NCBI GenBank assembly: GCA_038844785.1
Contig: JAWBRA010000002.1
Coordinates: forward strand, 1 to 64,000
DNA length: 64,000 nucleotides
DNA from: Candidatus Caldarchaeum sp.
GTDB taxonomy: Archaea; Thermoproteota; Nitrososphaeria_A; Caldarchaeales; Caldarchaeaceae
Direction: 5' to 3'
Shown: in pieces, positions 9,577 to 18,353 of the stretch
Numbering within the stretch: position 1 is the first letter of the stretch
How the letters are laid out: each line of letters opens with the position of its first letter
Program-made: the position numbers and the translations under genes
Notes under the pieces: model-generated
What the model was told of the DNA's origin: nothing
Database searches by the model: none
What the model saw: only the letters and a program-made list of their open reading frames with translations

Positions 9577-9907
9577 TGTGTATCGAATATGACGTTAGAT
9601 TTGGATGTGATGTTGTTTTTGCCTTTTTCGCCTTCTTTCTCAATATCCTGTTGCAGTTGGGGCATCTATCCATGTTTTTGGATGTTGGTTGTTTGTTGCC
9701 TCTTCTCCCAACACCATACAGCAACATGACTCCTAGATACGAAAGGCTCCAAAGTCCTAGCCGTCCTCCTAAAGAAACCTAAGATACATGGCATAGAAGA
9801 CTATCGGAGCAGGAGTCCTAAGACCACAAAGAAACCCATGAAGATAGAACAGCAGAACCAGGCCATAAACAAAATCCTAAATACACTTTAACAGACCCAT
9901 TAATGAG

Positions 9908-11034
9908 ATGAGCAACATGGCAGAGGAAGACGCGATAAACAAGATTCAATCCGAGCTCCACAAAGGAATGGGGCTTCCTAAATGCAGGAGGTGCGGATGT
10001 ATGAAAGAGGCTTTGGAAGAACTGCGGTATTCCCTTTCCTCACCCAAAACAAGGTTTCTTCAGATTTGGTTAAACATATCGAACATTGGCTGAAGCAGAT
10101 GGAACCGATAAAGTATGCTTGTCTTGGTTGTGAATACTGTTACCCTGCCGTGGCGATGAACATCTTGAATCAAGCTTATCCTGAAGCCACACAGGCTAAA
10201 TCGTTAAGTTGTGCCTTTGAGACCAAAGAGCAAACCTGGCCGCTTGTGCCGGGTGAGTATTTCGCCTTCTGCGATGGCCCCAGCTGTCCAGTTGCGGTCT
10301 CAACCCTTTCAAGCGTGGAGCTCTCGTAAAGGCTCGCCAGTATAAGACCGAAAGAGCTTTGCATAGTCGGGAAGACGGAGACGGAGAATATAGGCATCGA
10401 GAAAGTTATCAAGAATACGATAACCAACCCTACAATTCGATTTCTACTCCTTGCTGGAAGAGATCCGAAGGGTCATCACAGTGGCAGGACTCTCCTTGCC
10501 CTTTGGGAAAATGGTGTTGACGAGGGGATGAAGGTGATAGGTTCTCCTGGAAGGCGTCCAGTCCTAAGGAATGTGACTCGGGATGAAGTGGAAGCCTTTC
10601 GAAGGCAGGTGAAGGTTGTGGACGTGATTGGGTGTGAAGATCTGGATAGAATAATCGAGAAAATCAAGGAACTTTCTTCGGAGCCCAGTCTATCGTGCAG
10701 CTCCGAAGAATGCATTGCGAAAACCAGACGTATTCAGACTTTAACGATACCAGTTATCCAAGTAAAGGAACACGCATGGATCGAGATGGATAAGGCTGGC
10801 TATTTCGTGATCATTCCTCAGCCTGAGAGGAGGATCATTACCGTAGAGCATTATTCCTATGACAACAAGCTCTTGAGGAAAATTGAAGGCAGGGATGCCA
10901 GTAGCATATACATGACCATTATCGAGAACGGTTGGGTCACACAGTTAAGTCATGCCGCCTACCTTGGCAAAGAACTGGCGAAGGCAGAGCTTTCACTGAA
11001 ACTCGGTTTCAGGTATGTTCAAGACGGTGCCTAG
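9908..11034 (+). pseudogene. MtrA-domain plus DUF4346 protein with Cys-rich N-terminus, disrupted
   Basis: Frameshift near 10040-10060 and in-frame TAA at 10327-10329; read-through gives WPLVPGEY..VAVSTL..GKTETENIGIEKVIKNTITNPTIRFLLLAG..KGHHSG (MtrA), then DKAGYFVI..HAAYLGKELAKAE..YVQD (DUF4346). Confidence 0.85.
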
Positions 11035-11174
11035 AGAGATAGCAACGAGAACTAACTGTGTGTCGCAGGAAGTAAACGGTTCGAACCGAGGTTAAGGTTT
11101 TTGTTACCATTCCCCACAGTCTACGGTCGAGTGCGTCCGTATCCAAACTAATGCTGTTTGCCTCCATTAAATAA

Positions 11175-11213
11175 TGCGGTGGTAGGATTTGAACCCACGA
11201 ACTCCTGCGGGAC
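11175..11213 (-). other. Degenerate 3' fragment of a tRNA-Leu (possible att remnant)
   Basis: Minus strand GTCCCGCAGGAGTTCGTGGGTTCAAATCCTACCACCGCA resembles archaeal tRNA-Leu variable arm, T-arm and acceptor end; no 5' half adjacent. Confidence 0.6.
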
Positions 11214-11610
11214 ACCATGGAGGTCTTTGTGGATAGATGCTGGAGACACGAAGACATTCCCTCTCACCCAGAGCCCGACGGCCTGGCTTGAGGAGTTTCC
11301 TACGGCCTCGCAGGCCGCCCTTCCCCAACCTCTACATGGGGACGGAAGACGGTGAGAGAAACCTGTGAAAGGCTGGGGAGTCGCACCTGCCTAGCCGACG
11401 GAGAAAAAACCCATGACACCGGTATGACCTGCCTCGTAACAATGCAGGTATATTCCTGCATGTGACGCCCTTACGTACAGCCGACCTTTCACGGGTTCTC
11501 TAATGTTGTTCTGCTGGTTGCCTCCAACTAACTCTCCCCTTTTTTCCTTCCTTCTAGCTAGGTGAAACAAAGGTGTAAAACCCTTTTCAAAAAAGTCATT
11601 AAGTAAAATT

Positions 11611-11684
11611 TGGGGCTGCCCGGATTTGAACCGGGGACCTCCGTCGTGTAAGGACGGCGTCATACCAGGCTAGACCACAGCCCC
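11611..11684 (-). tRNA. tRNA-Val(TAC), intact
   Basis: GGGGCTG/CAGCCCC acceptor, anticodon arm CCGTC-CT-TAC-AC-GACGG, T-arm CCCGG-TTCAAAT-CCGGG, downstream T-rich tract. Confidence 0.95.
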
Positions 11685-11705
11685 GATACTCGTCAACGAG
11701 CCAAG

Positions 11706-11723
11706 TTATTAATTGTCTTTTAT
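11706..11723 (-). promoter_or_regulatory. Putative BRE/TATA promoter for the intact tRNA-Val
   Basis: ATAAAAGAC-AATTAATAA lies about 22-39 nt upstream of the tRNA 5' end. Confidence 0.5.
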
Positions 11724-11763
11724 CTCGTAAGGGCAGCGTCATACCAGGCTAGACCACCGGCCC
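11724..11763 (-). tRNA. 5' half of an interrupted tRNA-Val(TAC)
   Basis: GGGCCGGTGGTCTAGCCTGGTATGACGCTGCCCTTACGAG: acceptor 5' strand, D-arm, anticodon stem CTGCC and TAC anticodon; starts just after the rpl40e stop. Confidence 0.85.
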
Positions 11764-11767
11764 GTGT

Positions 11768-11929
11768 CTACCTCTTCATCTCCCTTCTCTTCCACCTGAG
11801 GTTGTAGCTCCTGCACTTCCTGCATTTCACGGCGGTTTTGGCGTTCCTGGCTCCGCAATCTCTGCATATTTTTACGAGTAGGCGTCGGCTCTGGGCAAGT
11901 TGGAGCAAGGCTGGGTCTCTGATCGGCAT
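11768..11929 (-). CDS. rpl40e: 50S ribosomal protein L40e
   Basis: MPIRDP...KICRDCGARN...KCRKCRSYNLRWK; start moved to the ATG at 11929. Confidence 0.95.
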   Translation of the reverse strand: MPIRDPALLQLAQSRRLLVKICRDCGARNAKTAVKCRKCRSYNLRWKRREMKR

Positions 11930-12069
11930 TTCCGTGAGTTGAATGCTGTGAACCAATTTATATTTTATCGTCATCTTTCAAACAGCCGCGCCAACCTACT
12001 TATCCCGCAAATAACTATTTATTGCGCATGTTAGGGAATAGAGAGCGATAGTAAGAAGGGGTGGGATAG

Positions 12070-12354
12070 GTGTCGGAGAAACAGATAATACCAACGGTTC
12101 TTGTCGGTAAAAAGCCTGTCATGAGCTATGTGCTGGCGTGTCTAACCGGTTTTCAAACGGGTTCTAAGGACATCGTTGTCAAGGCGCGGGGCAGAGCCAT
12201 AAGCAGAGCTGTTGACGTGGTCCAAATAGTGAAGAACAGGTTCCTCTCAAACCTGGTTATAAAAGACGTCAAACTAGGGACCGAGCAGATAACCGACGAG
12301 CAGAACAGAACCCTAAACGTCAGCACCATCGAAATAGTTATTGGACAGTCATGA
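12070..12354 (+). CDS. albA: DNA/RNA-binding protein Alba
   Basis: VGKKPVMSYVLA, KARGRAISRAVDV, VSTIEI. Confidence 0.95.
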   Translation: MSEKQIIPTVLVGKKPVMSYVLACLTGFQTGSKDIVVKARGRAISRAVDVVQIVKNRFLSNLVIKDVKLGTEQITDEQNRTLNVSTIEIVIGQS

Positions 12355-12375
12355 GGTGTTCCAGTTGGCTGCTAG

Positions 12376-12924
12376 GTGCATGCATTGGAGTTTCCGGTCT
12401 GTACCTTCGATCTGAAGACTGGGGTCCTCTGCTCCAGGTGTGAAAGTAAGATAAGCCGGGGCGAGCTCACTTCGCTAGACCTAGATATAATGCGTTTTCT
12501 CCTCGAGCTGGAGAAAAAACGTCCCCAGCTCACCCACCTCCGTTACGTATCCAGCCTAAAAGTTGATGATTACCTGTTTATCGTGTTTAAGGAGAGGGAT
12601 TTGGCTAGTTTGCCGCAACAGCTGCAGGCTCAGCTGAAGAAAGATTTATCTGAGAAGTTTGGTTTAACAGTTAAACTGATTGAGGGGCATAGAGACTTTA
12701 ACACGTTTCTTCAGGGCCTCCTTTCGCCGGCGAGAATACTCGCTGTCAACAAAGTTTGGCTCCCTGACCAAACCACCGAGATAAAGGTCGTTATCGAGGA
12801 TGATAGGATGCTTAAGACACCCGCCCACGTGCTGGCTTACGTTATCAAACGGCTGACAGGCGTCGCGGTGAGCTTCGAAATGCAGAAAAAGGGAAGACCT
12901 GCTGCGGTAAGGTTTGGAAGGTGA
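12376..12924 (+). CDS. Archaeal NusA-like KH-domain protein
   Basis: PVCTFDLKTGVLCSRC, LLSPARILAVNKVWLPD; typical alba-aspS neighbourhood. Confidence 0.75.
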   Translation: MHALEFPVCTFDLKTGVLCSRCESKISRGELTSLDLDIMRFLLELEKKRPQLTHLRYVSSLKVDDYLFIVFKERDLASLPQQLQAQLKKDLSEKFGLTVKLIEGHRDFNTFLQGLLSPARILAVNKVWLPDQTTEIKVVIEDDRMLKTPAHVLAYVIKRLTGVAVSFEMQKKGRPAAVRFGR

Positions 12925-12928
12925 GCGG

Positions 12929-14251
12929 ATGTTAGAAAAGAGATTAAAGGATGCATTGTCAAAGCGCAGTACAGCGCGTGAGGTCACGGTAGAGTCTGAC
13001 GGAAAACATGTCAACCTTTTCGGCTGGGTTCATGAAGTCCGCGACCTAGGAAAACTCGTTTTCATACTGTTTAGAGATGTGACAGGCGTTTGCCAAGTGG
13101 TTTTTCGAAGGGATGAAGTTGAAGAAAGTACGCGCAAAGCCTTGGACGAACTTTCAAACGAATCCGCGGTTTACATACATGGTGTGGTAGTCAAGCAGCC
13201 CAAGTCACGTCTAGGTGTTGAGGTGTTGGGTGAAAAGCTAGAGATATTGTCCAAAGCTGTGCCCAAGCTTGATTACGACCCGACCGGTAAAGTTTCAGCG
13301 AGCCTGGACGTCAGACTTAGACATAGAATACTTGACTTGCGCAAGCCTGACGTTAAAAACATCTTTATCATAGCAAGCTCCGTCCTCAAAGCCTTGCGTG
13401 ACTTCTTCATAAGTAGAGGGTTTATTGAGGTTAGAACACCGAAAATAATTGCCTCCGCGACCGAGGGGGGTGCCGAGCTTTTTGAAGTCAAATACTTTGA
13501 CAGGAAGGCCTATCTGGCTCAGAGCCCCCAGCTTTACAAAGAGCAGCTGACAACGGTTTTTGAGAAAGTGTTTGAAATAGGGCCCTTTTTTAGAGCTGAG
13601 GAGTCCCATACAAGGCGGCATATAAGCGAGTTTACCTCCGTGGACATTGAGCAGGCATTCGCCGACATGGATGACGTCATGCAGACGCTTGAAGAAGCAA
13701 TCGTGTACGTCTACCGGCATGTTATACAACATAACCAAAAAGAGCTGAATGAGCTGGGGCTGACACTTCGGGTTCCAAAAACGCCTTTCACACGGCTGAG
13801 CTACGACCAAGCGGTAGAAATGTTGAAGGAAGACGGCGTAGAGATTAGGTGGGGTGAGGATTTTGGAACACCCCATCTAAAAGCCCTCGCAAAACATTTC
13901 CACAACTACTACTTCATCACAGGATTTCCAACGGATTTGAAACCCTTCTACATCCAGCCTTCTTCAGACAACCCAGATGTATCCGAGTCCTTCGACCTCA
14001 TGTACCAGTGGCTTGAGCTTGCTTCCGGCGGGACACGAATCTCCGACCCTCTGCTTCTCAGGAAACGGCTGGAGGAGAAAGGATTAGACCCAAATTCTTT
14101 TGAAGACCATTTAAAAGTCTTCAACTATGGAATGCCCGTCCACGCTGGATGGGGTCTTGGCTTTGAAAGGTTGTTGATGGTTTTGACTAGACGTACAAAC
14201 ATAAGGGAGGTAATACTGTTCCCCAGGGACAAGTTCAGGCTGACCCCGTAA
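12929..14251 (+). CDS. aspS: Aspartate--tRNA(Asp/Asn) ligase
   Basis: GWVHEVRDLG OB fold, ATEGGAELF, YLAQSPQLYK, FRAE, GMPVHAGWGLGFER, FPRD. Confidence 0.95.
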   Translation: MLEKRLKDALSKRSTAREVTVESDGKHVNLFGWVHEVRDLGKLVFILFRDVTGVCQVVFRRDEVEESTRKALDELSNESAVYIHGVVVKQPKSRLGVEVLGEKLEILSKAVPKLDYDPTGKVSASLDVRLRHRILDLRKPDVKNIFIIASSVLKALRDFFISRGFIEVRTPKIIASATEGGAELFEVKYFDRKAYLAQSPQLYKEQLTTVFEKVFEIGPFFRAEESHTRRHISEFTSVDIEQAFADMDDVMQTLEEAIVYVYRHVIQHNQKELNELGLTLRVPKTPFTRLSYDQAVEMLKEDGVEIRWGEDFGTPHLKALAKHFHNYYFITGFPTDLKPFYIQPSSDNPDVSESFDLMYQWLELASGGTRISDPLLLRKRLEEKGLDPNSFEDHLKVFNYGMPVHAGWGLGFERLLMVLTRRTNIREVILFPRDKFRLTP

Positions 14252-14717
14252 TTGGTTTAACCGTGTAGTATTGTCTATAGACATAAACGAGCGGAAGCTC
14301 GTCAGAACAGATTTTAGCCTCTTCAACCCTGCCTATCAAAAGGAGGTGGTCACCCGCCTCATACACGCTCTCCAGGACACACATCAAAACACCTATAACA
14401 CCTTCTAAAACTGGGTACACGTTTTTTTCAATCTTGTATTTCGTCTTAGTAAACCGCTCATAATGTCCTAAGTAGGCGAATGAATCAGATAATGACGATT
14501 GTTTTTGACCGAGTAGGTTTACCGCAAATCTTTTAGACTCGAGAATCACTCGACAAGTGGTGGCACTCTTCTCTAGAGCAACCAAAATGAGAGGCGGTTC
14601 GAGAGATACTGAGGTAAAAGAGCTGACAGTCATACCGTGGGGGGCGCCTGCGTGAAACGTGGAAACAACAGTAACACACTGGGGAACTCTGCGCATGAAT
14701 TCTCTTAGGTCGGTCAA
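14235..14717 (-). CDS. Flavin reductase family protein
   Basis: PHGMTVSSFTSVSLEPP, FAVNLL, AGDH. Confidence 0.9.
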   Translation of the reverse strand: MTDLREFMRRVPQCVTVVSTFHAGAPHGMTVSSFTSVSLEPPLILVALEKSATTCRVILESKRFAVNLLGQKQSSLSDSFAYLGHYERFTKTKYKIEKNVYPVLEGVIGVLMCVLESVYEAGDHLLLIGRVEEAKICSDELPLVYVYRQYYTVKPITGSA

Positions 14718-14765
14718 TGTGGAAGAAGTGTTTTATAACAATTAATAACCATGACTCGGTTACGT

Positions 14766-15269
14766 TTATTCTTTGACCGTGAACATCGTGTGAGTTGATG
14801 TCATATTGACTTCAGTTAAAAGCCACAGTCTTTTGAAGACTCTGTTGAAGAAATCGTCTCTCGCCTCCTCAGCAACGCTCACAACCACATCCCACATACC
14901 AAACAGCTCATGCCCCTCAAGAACCTCATCTATCGCCATCAAATATTTTTCCCACAACTTTGGAGCAGAGGGTCTTTTCATCTTGATGAAAATGTAGGCG
15001 CATTTTCGTCTTGTAGAACAGTTCTCTTTCTCAAACGAAAGCCCTCCCTCGTTCACTATCAACGTGTTTGTGTCAACGACGCCGTGTTCTCTCATATGGT
15101 CTAAAATTCTGTTAAGGTGTGGAAGGGATTCTGCGTTTACCTTTGATATGACGTCGTAAGGCCCCCATATCAGGTATGATTCCTCAACGTTTTTGTCCGA
15201 CCTAACGGCGGTCAGTGTTTCCGTCAAGCCGCTCCGAGTTCCAACAGTCCCTAGGACAAACGCTTTCAT
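14766..15269 (-). CDS. Tandem Lrp/AsnC ligand-binding (RAM) domain protein without HTH
   Basis: Two repeats: KAFVL..IWGPYDVI..TNTLI and AYIFI..LFGMWDVV..THTM. Confidence 0.75.
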   Translation of the reverse strand: MKAFVLGTVGTRSGLTETLTAVRSDKNVEESYLIWGPYDVISKVNAESLPHLNRILDHMREHGVVDTNTLIVNEGGLSFEKENCSTRRKCAYIFIKMKRPSAPKLWEKYLMAIDEVLEGHELFGMWDVVVSVAEEARDDFFNRVFKRLWLLTEVNMTSTHTMFTVKE

Positions 15270-15297
15270 GGTTGAGAAACGTCTTTAGAAAGATATA

Positions 15298-16194
15298 TTA
15301 TTTTTCAAGGCTTCCCGCCGCTGCTGCTCCAGCTCCAAGCAACGGCCCGTCCGGGCCTAGGGATGTCATGGCAACCTTAGCCCTTAGCGTGAGGTATTTC
15401 TTCATATGTCTCTCAGCTTTTAGAACAGTTTCACGAGGATGGCTTATCGCAACGCCCCCACCTACTACAACTATCTCGGGGTCAAAAGAGTTGATAACGC
15501 TGGCGAAACCAGCTGCGTTCAGTTCAGCCATCTTACTGATAACTAAGACCGCACGTCTATCGCCTTTTTTTGCGGCTGAGAATATTTCCCGCGGGTCGTT
15601 CCAAAGCTTCTTGCCGTGAATTTTTGCGGCTAGCTTAGGTAGTCCTGTTGCAGAGCAAAGCGCCTCCCAATGGCCTCTGCCTCCGCATCCGCATCTGACG
15701 TCACTTCCATAGTCTACAACTATATGGCCGATTTCGACAGCGTTTCCGTCCTTACCCTGCAGAAGATGCCCGTCAACGACGGCACCACCGCCTATCCCCG
15801 TACTGATTGAAACAAACACCAAGTTGTCGCATCCACGCCATCGGCCGTATATTTTCTCAGCAAGAGCGGCGGCTGTACAGTCGTTGAGAATGACCGGTTC
15901 TTTGCGGTGGAAACGTTCAACAATATCTCGGAGGTTTATCCCTAACCAGCCGATGTTGGGAGTTTTCATAACAACCCCTTTCCGCACTGACAAAGGCCCT
16001 ATCGAAGCTATCCCCACCGCAGCCCTCTCCGACGCCCCTGACTGGTGCATGATCTTAAATGCTTGGCCGAATACGCTGGTCAACCCTTTCCTCGTGGTGG
16101 GCGTTCGGAAGACTATTTTCTTGAGGATAACACCGTCTCTTAAAAGGCCGAACCTAGTGTAAGTCGCTCCTAGGTCAACGGCTATCGTCTTCAC
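15298..16194 (-). CDS. ROK-family sugar kinase (glucokinase-like)
   Basis: AVDLGAT, NDCTAAALAE, STGIGGG, EIGH, CGCGGRGHWE. Confidence 0.9.
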   Translation of the reverse strand: MKTIAVDLGATYTRFGLLRDGVILKKIVFRTPTTRKGLTSVFGQAFKIMHQSGASERAAVGIASIGPLSVRKGVVMKTPNIGWLGINLRDIVERFHRKEPVILNDCTAAALAEKIYGRWRGCDNLVFVSISTGIGGGAVVDGHLLQGKDGNAVEIGHIVVDYGSDVRCGCGGRGHWEALCSATGLPKLAAKIHGKKLWNDPREIFSAAKKGDRRAVLVISKMAELNAAGFASVINSFDPEIVVVGGGVAISHPRETVLKAERHMKKYLTLRAKVAMTSLGPDGPLLGAGAAAAGSLEK

Positions 16195-17614
16195 GGCTGT
16201 CTATGTATTTGCCTGGGTTAAGTATGTTGTTTGGGTCGAACACTTTTTTCAGCTCCCTCATCAGCTGAAGCACCTGCCTCCCGTTATGAGCCTCAAGCTG
16301 CATGGTGAGCTCACGCATTTTCTGAACGCCGACTCCATGCTCGCCCGTAATGGTGCCACCTACCTTTATAGAGTATTGAACAAGCTCTTCAACAGCTTTC
16401 GGAACTTTGGAAGCTTCTTCAACGTCGTCAGGGTCGTACAGTATTATTGGATGTATATTTCCATCCCCGGCGTGGCCGTTCATCGAAATAATCAAGCCAT
16501 ATTTAGACGAGATCTCCTTCACCTTCATAAGGTACTCGACTATTCTGTCGATGGGTACGCATACGTCCTCCACAATTCTTGCTTTAGAGATCATGTTCAA
16601 AGCCAAGTACATCGTAGCCCTTATCTGCAGCAGCAGCTCAGCCTCCTCCTCAGACTCCGCCACCTTTATGATTCTGGCGTTGTTTTCCCTGAGTATTGTT
16701 AACAGGTTTGACAGCTCGTTCCCCCTAAACTCCTCTATATCTATGAGAAGCATCGCCTCGCCTGCTGGCAGGCTTGTTCCATGCATTTTGTTGGCCGCAT
16801 CGATTCCAACTCTGTCAAAAAACTCGAGCATCCGAGGAACGATCCGCCTCTTTCTGATCTCCAGTATGGTGTTTCCCGCATCGCTCCAGCTGTCAAACAC
16901 TGAGTAAACCCTTCTCAACGGCACGTCAGGTATTGGAGCGATCTTCAGCCAAGCTTCGACTATAACGCCGAGGGTTCCCTCGCTTCCAACCATCAACTGA
17001 GTTAGGTTGTAGCCAGCTCTGTTTTTGGCCAAAGGCTCGCCGAAGATAACGACGTCTCCGTTGGCCAGCACGACCTTCAAAGCGAGGACCCAGTCCTTGA
17101 CGGTGCCGTATTTTACGCATCGCAGCCCTCCCGCACCCTCGGCCACAGCTCCTCCAACTGTGCATATGAAGCTGCTGGCCGGGTCCGGTGGAAAGAAGAA
17201 ACCATGTTTAGCCAGCTCGTTGTTAAGTTGTTCTAGAATTACTCCAACTTCGGCGTGCACGTAATAGTTGACTGTGTCGATTTTCAGAATCCTATTAAGT
17301 CTCGACAGGTCTAGGACTATGCTTTCTGTGACGACTGCTCCTGTAAGGCTTGTGCCCGCACCCCATGCAGTGACTGGGATTTTCCTAACATTACAAAACC
17401 TTAACAGCTTGCTGATGTCTTCCACGTTCTCCGCGATGACTACCGCAGAAGGTTTTTTCGAAAACCCTCCCATGTCTTTCGAATATTTCTCGAGAGTTTC
17501 GTCATCTGTCAACACTTTATCGCTGCCCAGAATCTCTCTCAGGCCAGTCAACGTTCCACTGTCGAGCATGTTCATGGTCGTTCCAGCATCTCTAAAAAAC
17601 ATTCCGTTATTCAA
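16175..17614 (-). CDS. FAD-linked oxidase, GlcD/D-lactate dehydrogenase family (start uncertain)
   Basis: GAGTSLTG, PPDPAS, GSEGTLG, GHAGDGNIH, GEHGVG, LNPGK. Confidence 0.9.
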   Translation of the reverse strand: MNNGMFFRDAGTTMNMLDSGTLTGLREILGSDKVLTDDETLEKYSKDMGGFSKKPSAVVIAENVEDISKLLRFCNVRKIPVTAWGAGTSLTGAVVTESIVLDLSRLNRILKIDTVNYYVHAEVGVILEQLNNELAKHGFFFPPDPASSFICTVGGAVAEGAGGLRCVKYGTVKDWVLALKVVLANGDVVIFGEPLAKNRAGYNLTQLMVGSEGTLGVIVEAWLKIAPIPDVPLRRVYSVFDSWSDAGNTILEIRKRRIVPRMLEFFDRVGIDAANKMHGTSLPAGEAMLLIDIEEFRGNELSNLLTILRENNARIIKVAESEEEAELLLQIRATMYLALNMISKARIVEDVCVPIDRIVEYLMKVKEISSKYGLIISMNGHAGDGNIHPIILYDPDDVEEASKVPKAVEELVQYSIKVGGTITGEHGVGVQKMRELTMQLEAHNGRQVLQLMRELKKVFDPNNILNPGKYIDSREDDSR

Positions 17615-18353
17615 GCATTCTTAAAACCGTTTGTTTTACCTTCTCGAACTCCGTTCTTGGAAAGCCTTTCTTATAGTCTTTTAAGCATTCAATGAGGTAT
17701 GTGTTGTCGTAACGCTTGAGAACCCTTGTTATATATGAAACGAATGATGTTACGTTGGATGGTTTTCTAGCAGTAGACGAATGGCTAAAATCTATTATGT
17801 ATGGTTTGAGCGTACGGTCGACTATTACATGGTCTGAAGAGTTTGTCAGCTGGCCGTGGTCGAAGGCGTTGACATCCATCGTATGGCATTGTTCCAAGAC
17901 TTGTGCGATGGATATGCTGAGCGGGGTGGGATGCTCTTTGTTAAAAAGCTCGCCCAGCTTAATCCCTTCAATATACTCCATTACTATCATTTCATCCGTC
18001 CATTTGATGATTTTTGGGCCTACGTGCATGCTGTTGGCTCTATAATGCATCTCCGCCTCTTTTTGCATGCTTTTCACAGGCGAGTCTGTTCTCATGAGCT
18101 TTATGGCAACCTTCTGGTCGTCCATCAGCCCCAGCACAACAACCCCCCTAACACCTTTACCTAGAACAAAAGGTTCATACCTCCCACTGACCTCTCTAAC
18201 ACCTAGGCAGGATATGCCAAGCTTTTTCATCGATGAGATTCTTGCTTTTATCTCGTGGATGTCTTTTGAAGGGTAGGCGAGCATGCTGAGGTCACAGTCG
18301 CCTGATAACCGATCTACTGCAACGAACAATACTGGGCTATGAAATTCGGACAT
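17607..18353 (-). CDS. RIO/Kdo-like Ser/Thr kinase (archaeal, cca-associated)
   Basis: LGKGVRGVV, VAIK, IVMEYIEG, DHGQL, IIDF. Confidence 0.8.
   Translation of the reverse strand: MSEFHSPVLFVAVDRLSGDCDLSMLAYPSKDIHEIKARISSMKKLGISCLGVREVSGRYEPFVLGKGVRGVVVLGLMDDQKVAIKLMRTDSPVKSMQKEAEMHYRANSMHVGPKIIKWTDEMIVMEYIEGIKLGELFNKEHPTPLSISIAQVLEQCHTMDVNAFDHGQLTNSSDHVIVDRTLKPYIIDFSHSSTARKPSNVTSFVSYITRVLKRYDNTYLIECLKDYKKGFPRTEFEKVKQTVLRMLE

Larger units (their letters stand above)
9572..11728. mobile_element. Remnant integrated element inside tRNA-Val(TAC), bounded by a 5-bp direct repeat (CTCGT on +)
   Basis: Lies exactly between the two tRNA halves; CTCGT at 9572-9576 and 11724-11728; decayed cargo; no integrase ORF recognisable. 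Confidence 0.7.

Noticed and set aside
9437-9727. 96-aa minus-strand ORF with CPNC motif
   Set aside because: It reads through the tRNA 3' half and into the DUF61 gene; at most a decayed fragment, and not recognisable as an integrase.
10327-10329. Possible recoded stop (Sec/Pyl) in the MtrA-like gene
   Set aside because: The codon is TAA and the gene also has a frameshift, so pseudogenisation is simpler.
11391-11663. 90-aa minus-strand ORF
   Set aside because: It starts inside the intact tRNA-Val and has no recognisable motif.
9577-11723. Conventional BHB tRNA intron containing a nested tRNA
   Set aside because: No canonical bulge-helix-bulge could be built at the cut points I tested in the ACGAG overlap; kept only as a weak alternative.
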